Shown: positions 1 to 14,081 of the stretch, piece by piece
How the letters are laid out: every line of letters begins with the position of its first letter
Position numbering within the stretch: the first letter of the stretch is position 1
DNA from: Octopus bimaculoides
Lineage: Eukaryota
Length of the DNA stretch: 64,000 nt
Assembly (NCBI RefSeq): GCF_001194135.2
Contig: NC_068991.1
Coordinates: forward strand, 16,334,438 to 16,398,437
Direction: 5' to 3'
Made by a program: the position numbers and the translations under genes
Notes under the pieces: generated by a model
Seen by the model: the letters and a program-made list of their open reading frames with translations, nothing else
What the model was told of the DNA's origin: nothing
Database searches by the model: none

Positions 1-932
1 CTGGAAAAAGCCCGTGTGTGTGTGTGTGTATACCTTTGCCTTGAAGCTATGTGATGCTTGCAAATGAATACCTCTCTCACACCAGCAATGTTGCTAGGTT
101 TTAGTCTTCCATGGAAAACATGTCTAGCCATGAGGAAATATTACCTTGCCTGGAAACAGGTGAGGGTTGGTGAAAGGAAGGGCATGTGGCCAGAGAAAAT
201 CTTCCTCAGTAAAACTCTGTTTGACCCATGAATGCTTGGAAATGTAGATGTTAAACAATGATGATTGATGATGATAATGACTTCTGCTTTTGAAGAAAAC
301 TGGCAGAGCTGTTATTCTGAACAGAGTTAGGATTCATTCTTCATTTTGGATGAGAATGATAAAATTGAAACTATCATGAATATGCAACTATAGAATTGAT
401 AGGACCAGTTCTGGTTGACCACTTCTGTTTTGTATTATTGAACTGTGTGGAGCAGAATGAATTGGTAGACACTGATTGGCAAGATTGCACTTCCAAATGT
501 TATTGAGATTACATTGAATAAATGTAAAATTATAAATGAAGTTTTCATGGCTGACCGAATCCTGCCAATTTCACAGACTGATCAATGCCATCTATTTTTA
601 CCAGTAATGTTGATTCTCTAAAAGAGGAAATTATTAAATTATTTGATTGTGAACTAGTCTCTTAGAAAAGTATCATCCAAAGATGAATATATTATCATCA
701 TCTTTTAATGTCCATCTTCCCATGTTGGTATGGGTTGAATGGCTTGACAAAGTTTGCAGGGTCCAAGGACTGCATTGAACTACAGTATCTGCTTTGGTTA
801 CAGCTTCCCAGGCTGAAGTATGAAAGAAGGGACCAGAACAGGTTTCTTGCTGTAGAGGAGCAACATAGCTGAATGGAATTTTTAAATGGTTAAAACTTTG
901 GAGTGCTGTCCACTTTTCACTCCCTATTTTAA

Positions 933-1145
933 CCCTTTAGCATTCGGGTTACTCTGTCAAATATAATTGTTGTTCATTGTTTTGAATTAATCATGCATTA
1001 TCTTATAGCTTTGAGATTTCAGTGATGTGAGTGTTTATTTTAGAATGGCATTGTGGGATTGAGGTGAGAAACTGGATCTGACCAGTTTCAACATAAGACA
1101 GGTTAAATATTTTGGCTGGATATAGCCAGTTTGAATGTTAAAGGG
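933..1145. mobile_element. piggyBac-like MITE
   Basis: TTAA on both sides (929-932, 1146-1149); TIR CCCTTTAGCATTC vs GAATGTTAAAGGG (12/13); related reverse copy at about 44952-45168. Confidence 0.75.
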
Positions 1146-3105
1146 TTAAACTTGAAGGAAAACGAGTGTTATCATAATATTCTAAAATTTAAACCAGGTT
1201 AATGAAATGCAAATAGATATAAACCATTTCTGTGAATGCTTGAATGAAGGCCACATTGTTACGGAAACTGAATATTATAGAAAACCATTCATGTGCCAAG
1301 AATGTGCTAAGACCTACTGATGCTATGCTGCATTCACTCTTATATGATTACAACTATCAGATTGAATATTTTTTTCACAATGAAAGGTGACAAATCTTAA
1401 AGGTCTTTCATTCAGTGAAACAGATCTGTTCTTCCTAACAGATAAATTAACACATGGACAACTGTGTGTTGCTCTGTCAAGATCTACGCACAGTTCAACA
1501 GTTAAAATAACCTTGCAGGAAAGACGATAATCACTGTTGTAATCACTGATGTTTTTAGTGTTGTAAACTTGTATCAGCTGGATTTTCAAAAATTGTTCAC
1601 GAAGCCTCAGGTTGACTGAATCCTTCTGATCAGAATTGGTAAATGGAAATTGAGAAGCGTGTGTGTGTGTGTGCATGCATATGTGCGTGTGCATGCATAT
1701 GTGCATGTATGTATGCATGTGCGTGTGTGTGTGTGTGTGTGTAAATACATGCACACACAGAACAGCTTCCACCCAGTTTCTGTCTACCAAATTCACTCAT
1801 AAGATATTTGTCAGCTGAGAGCTATAGCGGAAGACAAGATGCCGTGCACACACACACACGCACATGTGTGCGTGTGTGTGTGTTCTTTCCATGCATACTT
1901 AATGCTACTTAAAGAAAAAGCAGCGTTTACATTCTCTGGTTTACAGGCTTCCCCCATAGTTTCATCATCTCATTTCATCATCTCATGTGAGAACCAGATG
2001 TAGCGCTGGTGACAGGAAGGGAATCAGCCATGAGAAAGTCTGCCTAAACAAGTTACTCCTAATATCAGTGTGGTAAAAAATAAATGAATATATAAATAAA
2101 TGAAAACGAAACAGAGAAGATGATAATGATGGTGGGTTTAGATGAAGAGGCAGCAAACAACTTTTGTAGGCCCTCATAGACCAGTGGTTTTTGATACCAT
2201 CAATGCTTCTCTTGAACTTTTGTAAGTCAACTCCTGCAGGAAAGACATGAGCTAGGAGGAAATACCATAGGATCGTTGTTGTGGCAAGATATATTTATAT
2301 ATAGATGTGTTTTAGTACACTAGCTAACACTTCCTCTTACTATATATATATGTATATATATATATCTCCTAATATAATAATAAGTGTAGTGTTTTTATAT
2401 ATTTGTCCAAAATCACAGAGTAGGATGAAGTAGGAGAAAGAGTAGTATAAGTAAAGGGGGAGGAGAGAAGATAGTAATTCTGTGAAGGAGAAGTAGTGAG
2501 AGTAATAGCCCTGATTGAGAGAGGGTGAGACAAAGTAATAGCAATGAGAGAAAGGAAGTGTCAAAGAGCACGTCGTATATCTTTTAATTTTTCTCCGCCA
2601 CAATGAATGAGAAAGGAAGGGGTGATAGATGAATATTGAAGGAAGGGTTGAAAAAAAAAATCAGTGTTTCAACCCTGTGTGAGTATATGTGTGTGCATGT
2701 AAAAGGGAAATATGTGAATATTCGTGTGTGCGCGCAATGGAAATGGGATGGGAAACATTCAATGCTGAAAAGAAAAATCAAACAGCATTTCAACTCTGTG
2801 AGTATATGTGTGTGTGTATGTGTACAAGGAAGTATGTGAATGTTTGTATCTGTGATTATTATGTACCTTATTTATATATAAAATATTACAATTAGCTGTC
2901 ATTTTTGACAGCACAGGGTCATCTGGTATATATATATATATATATGTTATTGCTCTTGTAATTAGCAGGTATAATAATTATACTGATAATAATTAGTGGT
3001 AAGTTGAGTAGCTTAAGTTCCGCAGGTTGAGAATTGTTTTACTTATGTATTATTCTTTCCTACGTTTTGTTGGTTTTATAGTGTTCAGTGTGAATGTGTT
3101 TGAGT

Positions 3106-3214
<109 letters not shown>

Positions 3215-4322
3215 GTGTCTGTATGTGTGAGTGTTTTTTATGTGTGTGTGTGTGTGTGTGTCTGTAAGAGAGATACATTCTGATGTAAAACCTGTGGTTC
3301 CATATGATTACTGGTCATTTCACTTGAGCCTGTCACTAGGTACTCATCGCAGAACCTCAGAGAGTGGTACTCCTGTTCTTCAAGTGTTTTCTCTCTCTTC
3401 CTCTTGCTTTTTTCCACTCTCTCTCTCTTGCTCTCTTCCACTCTCTTCCTCTTGCTCTATCCCTCAGACTGGTTAACCACGTACCTCCTCTTCAGCAACA
3501 CACCCGTTACTAGCCTCGATCTTATTCACTCCGTCTCTTTCTCTCTCTCTCTCTCTCTCTGACTGGGTAACCATGTATCTCTATAGCAAGACACCTGTTT
3601 CTGTCTCTCTATCACACTATAACCTTTCATCATCTGGCACAAGATCACTTCCAATGCCACATCCTCTCTCAAAGGATCTTTGTTTGGCAAGTTATTTGGT
3701 AACTCTGTCAGTGCTGGTGCAATGTAAAAAGCATCCAGTCCACACTGTAAAGTGGTTGGTGTTTGGAAGGGCATCCATCTGTAAAAATATCCCAAAACTG
3801 ACTTTGCCTGTACTGGTACTATGTAAAAAGCACTCAGTCCACTCTGAAGAGTGATTGGTGTTAGGAAGGGCATCCAGCCATAAAAAACCATACCAAAACA
3901 GACAGCAAAACCTTGTGTAGTCTTCTGCCTAGCCAGCTCCTGTCAAACCGTCCAACCCATGCCAGCATGGAAAGCAGATGTTAAATGATGATGATGATGA
4001 CATACAATTGTCTTTTTAGGGTGACTTTCTTTGCCATAGATCTTTCAGGAGATGGAGTGACATATGCAGACCTGACAAGTTGGAAGTGTACAGTAAGGTA
4101 CAACTTTTGTCTATCGCTCATGCTTCAAACCATGCAGATCTGCAATGGGATTGAATAGTCATTTGAGAGGTCATGAATGAAAAGTCAGAAATGCTACTGA
4201 TGGTGAGGAAGTACAAGAAGATGGCAGTCATCTGTGAAGATGGAGTAATCACCATATAATTAAAAGTATTTATATATTTATGAGACAATACTTCATGCTA
4301 ACTACACTACTCGAACGTGTAT

Positions 4323-4359
<37 letters not shown>

Positions 4360-5862
4360 CTATATATATATATGTGTGTGCATAGCATTAACACATGTCT
4401 CAAAGTAGAAAATCTTATATGCTAGTTGTAGGATAATGTGTAGATCGCTGTGTTACATTACTGTTTTACAGCATGTGTGGAATTCAGGCTTTGAAGCAAC
4501 AGCTGAAAGCAAACACATTTGCTTTTTTGCTCTGTTTGAAACAAAATACTGCTGCAGGCTGTATATCCCCTCCACCACCACCACCATATGATGTGTTGTT
4601 TTTTTTTTTTTTNNNNNNNNNNGGGTTATAAATAGATTGAATAGTGGTGCAGCAGGGCTGCTAGCATAACGTGTAATGGAACCAGAATGTTTACCCTAAG
4701 GTCTACTCACTATGTGTTTCTGTCTCTTCTTTTACATATCCTGAAGTCAATGATGTCAGCATCTGTTAATGTTAACCAAGGCCAGTTAAATAAGGTGGCT
4801 CGTGGTTGCATTGGGCTGTTGTAGAATTGTGTGATGTATATATGACTGTGATCTAAAGTTAGCCATTATACATAATCCTTTCTACTTAAACACATGACCT
4901 GAAATTTTGGGGGAGGGGGAAAGTTGACTACATCAACCCCCCCCCAGTACTCGACTGGTACTTAATTTATCAACCCTGAAAGGATAAAAGGCAAAGACAA
5001 CCTCAGCAGAATTTGAACTCGGAATGTACAGATGAGTGAAATGCCACTAAGCATCTCACCTACCATGTTCATGATTCAGCCAGCTTGTCATGTTACTCAT
5101 CATTATCCATAATGATTTCTAGCATTCGTACAGTACATATTTTGGGATGAGCAACTTGGTTTTAATTCTCCTTGTTCCTCAATGTCATCATTTTAACATC
5201 CATGTTTCCATGCTAGCATGGGTCAGATGGAATTTGTTGAGGCAGATTTTCTACAGCCAGGTGTCTTTGTATCACTAATGCTGCTCACCTATTTCCAAGT
5301 AAGGTAATAAATATTTCCCCATAGCAAGGCATGCTTTTCATAGAAGACTAGAAACAAACCAGCATCACTTGTATGCCAGTGATGCTCATGTACAACGACA
5401 TACGATGGGCTTCTTTCAGTTTCCATCAATCAAATCCACTCAAGGCTTTGGTCAGCCTGTATCTATAGTAGAGGACATTCACCCAAACTACTGCAGAGTG
5501 GAGTAGAATTCAAAAGCAAAGTTTTTAACCACACAGCCATGTCAGTGCTTCAGTTCTTATTTATTTTATATTGTAAATGTCATTGTTGTTTAGCTGTAGG
5601 TTAGATGTGATGTGTGATGTAAGGCATTTCAACCATGACAGCCACATTTTTTGTTATTCAATATGTGCCACACTTTTCAGACATATAGGTTGTCATTTGA
5701 GGGAGATTTGGCTGGTATTTCTAGTAAACCAAAATGACTATAAGGAGACTCCCTCATTGATCCTTGTGATGATTGGTAGATGGAAATTGCAGATGCTCAT
5801 CACACACACACACACTCCCTCTCTCTCTTGTATGCATGTCTATTGGTCTGCTTGGTTAGAGC

Positions 5863-6247
5863 TGTTTGTTGGCACTCCGTCGCTTATGACGTCGAGGGTT
5901 CCAGTTGATCCGATCAACGGAACAGCCTGCTCGTGAAATTAACGTGTAAGTGGATGAGCACTCCACAGACACGTGTACCCTTAACATAGTTCTTGGGGAT
6001 ATTCAGCGTGACAGTGTGACAAGGCTGACCCTTTGAATTACAGGCACAGCAGAAACAGGAAGTAAGAGTGAGAGAAAGTTGTGGTGAAAGAGTACAGCAA
6101 GGTTCGCCACCATCCCCTGCGCGAGCCTCGTGGAGCTTTAGGTGTTTTCGCTCAATAAACACTCACAACGCCAGGTCTGGGAATCGAAACTGCGATCCTA
6201 TGACCGCGAGTCCACTGCCCTAACCACTGGGCCATTGCGCCTCCACA
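5863..6247 (-). mobile_element. tRNA-derived SINE, family A
   Basis: On the minus strand: A-box TGGCCCAGTGG, B-box GTTTCGATTCC, (AAC)n tail; near-identical to other copies in the window. Confidence 0.88.
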
Positions 6248-6893
6248 TTGGTTAGAGCTAACCTGGGGCTAAATAGCATGAGATGGCAACTCTAACAATA
6301 TTTATGATCCTAGTGGGGTTTGAACACTGACATACAGGAACAAAAAGTCAATGCTGTACAAACCATTGAAAAAGAGCCACTGTGTGATTGCTCAGCCTGC
6401 TAGAATAGCAGCTAAATCTTTCTCAAATCACAAAGAAGGGATATATTGCTTGATGTGATTCCATAAAGAAGACAGGATGGTCATGGCAAGAATGCCTTTG
6501 ATCATGGCAAGAATGCTTTTGATCATGGATCTATTTGATCAGAGCTGATTTAGGGATAAACAACGACTCAGTTTTAATGTCTTGAGTTCAAATCCTATCC
6601 AGGTTAGCTTTGCTTTTTATTCCTCCAGGGATCGATAAAATAAAGTACCAGTGATACACTGAGGATAAATGGTATTGACTAACCTCTTCCTTTCAAAATT
6701 GGTAACCTGGTGCCTAAATTAGAAACTGTTAATTAACTAAAAAAAAAACCCCAGTTTTATTCTTTTATTCCATTATTCTTTATTTGTTTCAGTTGTTGAA
6801 CAATGGCCATGCTGGGGCTGTTTCAATTATTTAATAATTTTCTTTTAATTATTGGTATCTCACTCAATACTTGCTTCCCCTTTTTTATTGCAG

Positions 6894-6944
6894 GTCTTTT
6901 GGGAGACAATGGAATTCTACCAGCCAGAGTTGTTAAGCTCAAAG
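6894..6944 (+). CDS. LMF2: LMF2 visible exon 1 (51 nt): (G)[16 protein letters not shown]
   Basis: ttgcag acceptor, gtaaat donor, phase 1/1; matches the GLxGxxGILPAR motif. Confidence 0.9.
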
Positions 6945-9900
6945 GTAAATCACCAAACTTTTCTTTTGACAATTTTTTCAAAATAGTCGCGATAGACTCC
7001 AGTATACTTCTACGCTTGGTCCCACTGCATAGCTCTTTGGATAAGTGTTTTCCGTTTTACTCTTGGTTCAACCAGTGCTATCTGGATGAAATCTGCTAAA
7101 CAGAAACCATGCATAAGGCTGATGTATCTTTTCTCTTGTTCTGGTTTCAGTCATTAGACTGTGGCTATGCTGGGGGCATGGCTTTGAAGAATTATAGTTG
7201 CACAAATCAACCCCAGTAGTGATTTTTATTTATTTATTTTTTTTTTGTTGTTTTTTTTTGTTTTAAAGTTTGGTACTTATGCTGTTGGTCTCTTTCACCA
7301 AACTGCTAAATTGTAGGTGCAACAATACCAGTTGTCAACTGGTGGTGGCGGACACACACACACACACACAATGGACTTCTTTCAGTTTCCATCTGCCAAA
7401 TCTACTCAGAGGGCTTTGGTCAGTTCAAGGCTATAGTAGAACATGCCCAAGGTGCCATCCAGTGGGTCTGAACCCAGAACCATGTGGTTGGGAAGCTAAC
7501 TTCTTATAACATTTTCATGCCGTGCCTATATTTTTATGTCCATTGTCTGTGTTTGTGAATACTTGTATAAGAATGAGTCCAGTATTTCTTTTGCATTACA
7601 AAGTTAATGTAGCCAGTTGATGCACTGTTGCCTCTAGCTGAAAGGAATGGCTCTTAGTAATGAGAATATGGGTTTAGTAGTAGTTTACAAAGCTTTGTGA
7701 GTGACACAGAAATTTACATGAGTGAGTGGAGGCACTCTGCCAGCAAGAACATATTCTTGCTTTTTATTATGGCATATAGTGAATAGTCCATTGTTTGTGT
7801 TAACTCATTTTTTTTTTGTATTATGTTTTGGACCTCCAGTGCAATAGCAGTAAGGAATGCTCAATCCAAGATATTAATTGGTTCAAATTCATGTGATTCC
7901 AACCTTCCTAACACCCATAGGGATCAATAAAATGCATAACTGACTGAAATGAATAAAAGATTAAAAGAAGAAGCATATGAATCAATAGAACAGCAATTCA
8001 TTAGACTAATAACATATCTTTAGAGATGAATAGATGCTTTAATATTTACAACTATGCTACAGTTTGATTGATTTAATTTCATTTGTCATTAGATATCTTA
8101 TTCCTGGATGCATAGACAGTACCGGAAAGTTAGTGAAATAGCAGGGTTCTTTGAGCATTGGATTGTGTCTTAGATCTGTTATGCTTCTACAGGCTCAATA
8201 GGCCAGAGTTTATCCTGGTTTTTATGACATGTAAGTGATTGAGATTACAAGTCTTTTCTCTGAAAGGAGCACCAGTCTATGACTGGCGCCATGTAAGAGA
8301 CACTGGAGCTGGTGCCATGTAAAAAGCACTGGCACTGGTGCTATGTAAAAAAGCGCTGGTGCCACGTAAAAAAGCGCTGGTGCCACGTAAAAAAGCGCTG
8401 GTGCCATGTAAAATGCTCTAATCCATTAAACTACTGATGTATGTATTTTGATTTCTTAAGGTTAAGGTTTATAATATAGAAACTTAGAAACAAGCATAGC
8501 TGTATAAGTAAGAAGCTTGTTTCTAAACTATGTTGAGTTCAGTCCCACTGCACAGCACCTTGGGAAAGCATCTTCTGCTGTAGCTCTGGTCTGACCAATG
8601 CCTTGTGAGTATATTTGCTAGACAAAAACTGAAAGAAGCTTGTACATATGTGCACACATATTTGTGTGTCTATTTGTATATCTGTCTGTCTTACTCAATC
8701 TCTCTGTATATCTCTCGCTCTAACTTTTTCTCCAACTCTCCTGTCGCTCTCTAGCTTTCTGTATAGCTCTCTGTATATCTCTCTCTTTCTAGCTTTCCCT
8801 TATCTCTCTTTCTTCTTAACTATCTAACTATCTTTGTCTCTCTCTGTATCACTTATTTATTTATCTATTTATTTTACAGAGGTCGATTCAGTTGTGGATT
8901 TCTTCCAAGGGGAATTCACTCTGCTGCGGCTGATGCCCTTCATTGGGCTCACCCGAGAGACAGGAATGGACCTGCTGTGCCTACTGGGTATTCTCTTGTC
9001 ATTCCTGTGTATGGTGATGAAGTCTTTCCGGAACAGTGTAGAATATAGCTTCCTTTGGCTGCTCTACATATCTTTGTACTCAGTAAGTAATATTTTAGCT
9101 TGGTTATGGTATTATTGTTTAACCCCAGGTCAATCCTGACTGAGCAGACCCATGATCAAAGGCATTTTTTCCATGACTACTCTGTCCTTCTTTTGGGCAT
9201 TGCATGTCTAGGGATACATTATCTAATGTGATCTTCCTTTCTCAAGATGCCAAGTTGTAATTTCAGAGTGATTTGGCTGCTAGTTCTTGCAGGAGATTGA
9301 ACATGTAGAAAAGCCCTCTGAAGTATGGCATGGAATGATCTACTGTGGTCTGTTGCAGTATTTGGTCTGGTGTTGATTAACCCTAGGGCTGCTCAGAGGG
9401 TGGAAACCTTTTGTTGTTGGCACTCCGTCGCTTACGACGTCAAGGGTTCCAATTGATCTAATCAACGGAACAGCCTGCTCGTGAAATTAACGTGCAAGTG
9501 GCTGAGCACTCCACAGACACGTGTACCCTTAACGTAGTTCTCGGGGATATTCAGCGTGACGCAGTGTGACAAGGCTGACCCTTTGAATTACAGGCACAAC
9601 AGAAACAGGAAGTAAGAGTGAGAGAAAGTTGTGGTGAAAGAGTACTGCAGGGTTCGCCACCATCCCCTGCCGGAGCCTCGTGAAGCTTTTAGGTGTTTTC
9701 GCTCAATAAACACTCACAACGCCCGGTCTGGGAATCGAAACCGCGATCCTATGACCGCGAGTCCACTGCCCTAACCACTGGGCCATTGCGCCTCTGGTGG
9801 AAACCTATGATAACAATAAAAAGCATGCATGCTTGTTTATTGTAATGCATGCACAATTGTGTGGTTAAGAAGATAGCATATTTGATGGCATTGTGTGAAA

Positions 9901-10218
9901 TAGGGGTTACGGTCTTGAACTCATATTTTGTATTTTTGCAAGTTCAATTCGTGGAGCAGGTGGAATGTCCTTGAGCAAGGCACTTAATTTCACATTACCT
10001 CAGTTTTCCCAGATGAAACCGAATACCAGTTGACAGCTGCTATAGCAGTCTAAGCCTTTCAGCTGTCACATCCTCAATGTTCTGCTGGATCAAGGAGTGT
10101 GAAGGCTGATAAGGTATCTATCACAGCTCACAGCCACATAAGCACTTAAAAGTACATGGTACATGCTATTAGGTCATACGTGCTTGCGAGTGATATCTGT
10201 GTTGTTTTTGTTATATAA

Positions 10219-10252
<34 letters not shown>

Positions 10253-11532
10253 ATTGGGTCATCCCATAAATAATGCGGTTTTTTCAATTGCATGAACTAA
10301 AAATCAGAGGGGGGCGGGATAAACTACCTGCATCAACTTGCTATAAAAGCAGTTAGTAATTTTACTTTGTACTTATTCTTAGTGCAAGTTTTGAAGAGTG
10401 CAGTTTGATTTTAACAGTTATTTCAAAGCTATAATAGAAGTTGTAAAAGAGCATGTTCAGCATATTTTGCTTTATGAATTCAATAAAGGCAACAACACAA
10501 CAGAAAATGCATGGAATATTAATGCAGTATATGGGGATCGGACAATAAGCGTAAGCCAGTGTCAAGAGTGGTTCCAGAAATTCCGAGCCAGAAACTACAG
10601 CCTAGAAGACAAACCTCATCCTGGAAGATCTGTAGTGCGTGACGAGGATGTCTTGCAAATCCTGGTAGAACAAAATCCCATCATAACTGTTGAGGAACTA
10701 GCAGAGAAGCTTGGATTTGGTCATTCAACCATTCATTGACACCTGCATGCCATCGGAAAGTCAGAAAATTAGGTCAATGGGTTCCTCAAAAACTTTCCGA
10801 GTCTAATCGCGCGCAGAGAGTGAATGTGTGCTCTTCTTTGCTGTCACATCTCACGAATGAACCTTTTATGAACCGAATAATGACTGGTGATAAGAAATGG
10901 GTTCTCTATAAAAATGTCAAGTGCTGAAGACAGTTAGTAGGGAAGGGAGAAACACTGGCACCCCAGGCTAAAGAAGGTCTTCACCTGCCTAAGGTGTTGT
11001 TATCTGTTTGGTGGGATATGAAAGGTTTAGTCCACTTGGAACTTTTAAACCCAAACCAAATGATAACCAAGGAGATCTACTGTGAGCAGCTTGAGCAGCT
11101 TAAGTCAGCACTAGAAGAACAACCATCTTTGGTTTCAAGACGAAAGGTATTCTTCCATCAGGATAATGTTCGTGCACATACAGCGAGGATGACATTCCAA
11201 AAGATGGAGCATTTTGAATGGGAAATGATGCCCCACCCACCATATTTGCCGGACATTGCCCCATCTAATTATCATTTATTCCACATTCTTCAAAATCATT
11301 TGGACAGAACAAGTATGAACTTTGTAGATGAGGTCAGAATAGTACTGGAGGAGTGTTTTTCATCATGGACAAGTGAATTTTGGAAATGGGGCCTTGCAAA
11401 TCTAATAGATAGATGGAAGAGCATTGTAGAAAATGAAGGAGTGTATATTTTATATTAAAAAAGAACTTTATCTTAATTCTGAAAATTAAAAGAAGTATAA
11501 AAAATCCGCATTATTTATGGGATGACCCAATA

Positions 11533-11568
<36 letters not shown>

Positions 11569-12022
11569 CACATATTGTTAAAAATATTTTTTTTTTAATG
11601 ATCTAGCATTGGTTTTCTTTAAAGGTTTATTTTTTTCTATCTTTAAGGTTGGCCAAACATTTTTCTACTTCCAGTGGTAAGTATCACACCAATTTATTGC
11701 TTTCATCAGTCATGACATTGTGAAATGGATTTAAGTCTTTTAATGGTTAATATTCCCTTACAACTGGAACTGTTTTAGTTCCAACATGCAGTCTCAGATC
11801 AAATTGCTTGTCTGACAAGTACAAGTCTGATATGTGAAATATATATATTTATAAATACACACACACATATAAATATATACATGCATATATAAACACTCAT
11901 CATCATCATATCATCATCATCGTTGTTTAACGTCCGCTTTCCATGCTAGCATGGGTTGGACGATTTGACTGAGGACTAATGGACCAGGTGGCTACACCAA
12001 ACTCCAATCTGATTTGGCAGAG

Positions 12023-12080
<58 letters not shown>

Positions 12081-14050
12081 ACACACATATATACATACAC
12101 CCATGCACATATACACACGTGTATATAATATACACACACATGTATATAATACACACTCACTCTCACTCACTCTCCTCCCCCCACAGAATATATATGTATA
12201 GATTTCAGTCAACGTTGTATTGATTGGTGTAAACATTTTACCTTTGTATAAAAATGTCTTTCTGGACAGAAGAGGAGGAATCAGCTGAACTAGTTTCAGT
12301 CCTGTTTTGGAATGTTAATAACTGAATACTCTGTTTTACTGTCTACAGAGACATTGCTTATAGTCTTACAATTTTAGCAAACATAACTAGGTGAGTGAAG
12401 GGGAGAGAGAGAGAGAGTATGAGCTTGAGTGGCTTTGTAAAAAGAGATTTAAAATAGTTACCAGGATTGATATATGACTGATTAAGAACTTTTCAAAGCA
12501 CTTCCCCAGCCTGGCTGTAGTCCAATAAGTAGAACAATTGAACAACACAACAGGAATGATTTTATTCATAGATTTACTCAATCCGGTCTGACCTGGGACA
12601 AAACAACAACCAATTAACTTGTATTACATATTGTATCTCATTCTCTAAATTAATCTGTGCCAGCACTGCTGCTACCACCACCACCACCACCACCACCACC
12701 ACCACCACCACCACCACCACCACCACCACCACCACCACCACTGTTAGTCTGTTTCACTTTTAGTTGTGGTCACTTTTTGTTTAGAATTTTAGTTCGCTTC
12801 TCAACCATGTGGTTTCAAGTTCAGTCTCACTGCATGACACCTTGGGCAAGTGTCTTCTACTATAGCCTTGGACTGACCAAAGTCTTGTGAGTGAATTTGG
12901 TAGGTGGAATTTCAAGTCCACTATATATATATATATAGTAAGTGGAGGCACGTGGCCTAGTGGTTAGGGTGTCAGCACCATGATCGTAAGATTGTGGTTT
13001 CGATTCCTGGACCGGGCGACACGTTGTGTTCTTGGGCAAAACACTTCATTTCACGTTGCTCCAGTCCACTCAGCTGGCAAAAATGAGTAAAGCTGCGATG
13101 GACTGGCATCCTGTCCAGCTGGGGAACACCTATGCCATAGAAACCGGGAAACTGGGCCCATAATCCTAAGCTTTAAAAGGGCACATTTATTTTTATTTTT
13201 ATATATATAGTAATCCCTCAACAGGTTTTGCATTCCAAAACCTCCCGCGATAGGTGAAAATCTGTGAAGTAGAAACAGTACAGTTTTATGTGGCCCTACC
13301 ACAAGTGCTTTTCACCACCAGAGGGACCAGTCTTAACACTTCTGCCAGACTGGTCCCTCTAGTGGTGAGATATATATATGTTTGTATGTATGGGTGAAAG
13401 TATATGAGTCCCGTACTTCCTTTTAATTGCTTGTATTTTATCTTTTTCCTTTCTTCTCTCATTGTTATTTCCGTCTGTTCCAGGGACATTCTTCTCTTAG
13501 AAGCAGGTTTTATCACCATTCTGGTAGCGCCGTTGAATATGTATATATTTTTCTGGAAAACAGCTCCATACCACCATCATGACAACATCACGCTGTTTCT
13601 CATCAAATGGTTACTGTTTCGTTTGATGTTCGCTTCTGGTGTGGTCAAGTTGACCAGCATGTGTCCAACTTGGTGGGGATTAACAGGTATTTATCATGTT
13701 AACCCTTTTCATATGACTGTTGTTGTTTTAACCTCAACTCAATCCTGATTAGCACTTTTGATACCACCCTGCCTGAGACCACTCCTGGTTCTATGATACA
13801 AACGTCCCGTTTTAACCCTTTAACATATGTAGTACTTGGTTAGTAATTATTCTATTGACCTCTGCTCCCTTTTTCCCCCTTAAAAGAATGGAAGTTAACC
13901 CTAAAAGAATGAAAGGCAAAATTGACCTTGGCAAGATTTGAACTTAGAACTTTAAGAGCTGGAAGAAATACAATGAAGTATTTTCTCCTACACACTGATG
14001 TTTCTGCCAATCCAGCATGTATGATGATGATAATAATAATAATAATAATA

Positions 14051-14081
<31 letters not shown>

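Noticed and set aside
4049-4097. Candidate LMF2 first exon (tttcag...gtaagg/gtacaa)
   Set aside because: It does not encode the expected N-terminal FAFxSLYxQIP segment; no such exon was found in 1-6893, so it is presumed upstream
5863-6247. tRNA genes at SINE heads (families A, B, C, E)
   Set aside because: A/B boxes are followed by SINE bodies, tails and TSDs, with no complete cloverleaf
8295-8412. CRISPR-like arrays (21-bp, 53-bp and 33-bp repeats)
   Set aside because: Direct tandem repeats without unique spacers, in a eukaryotic intron or intergenic context with no cas genes
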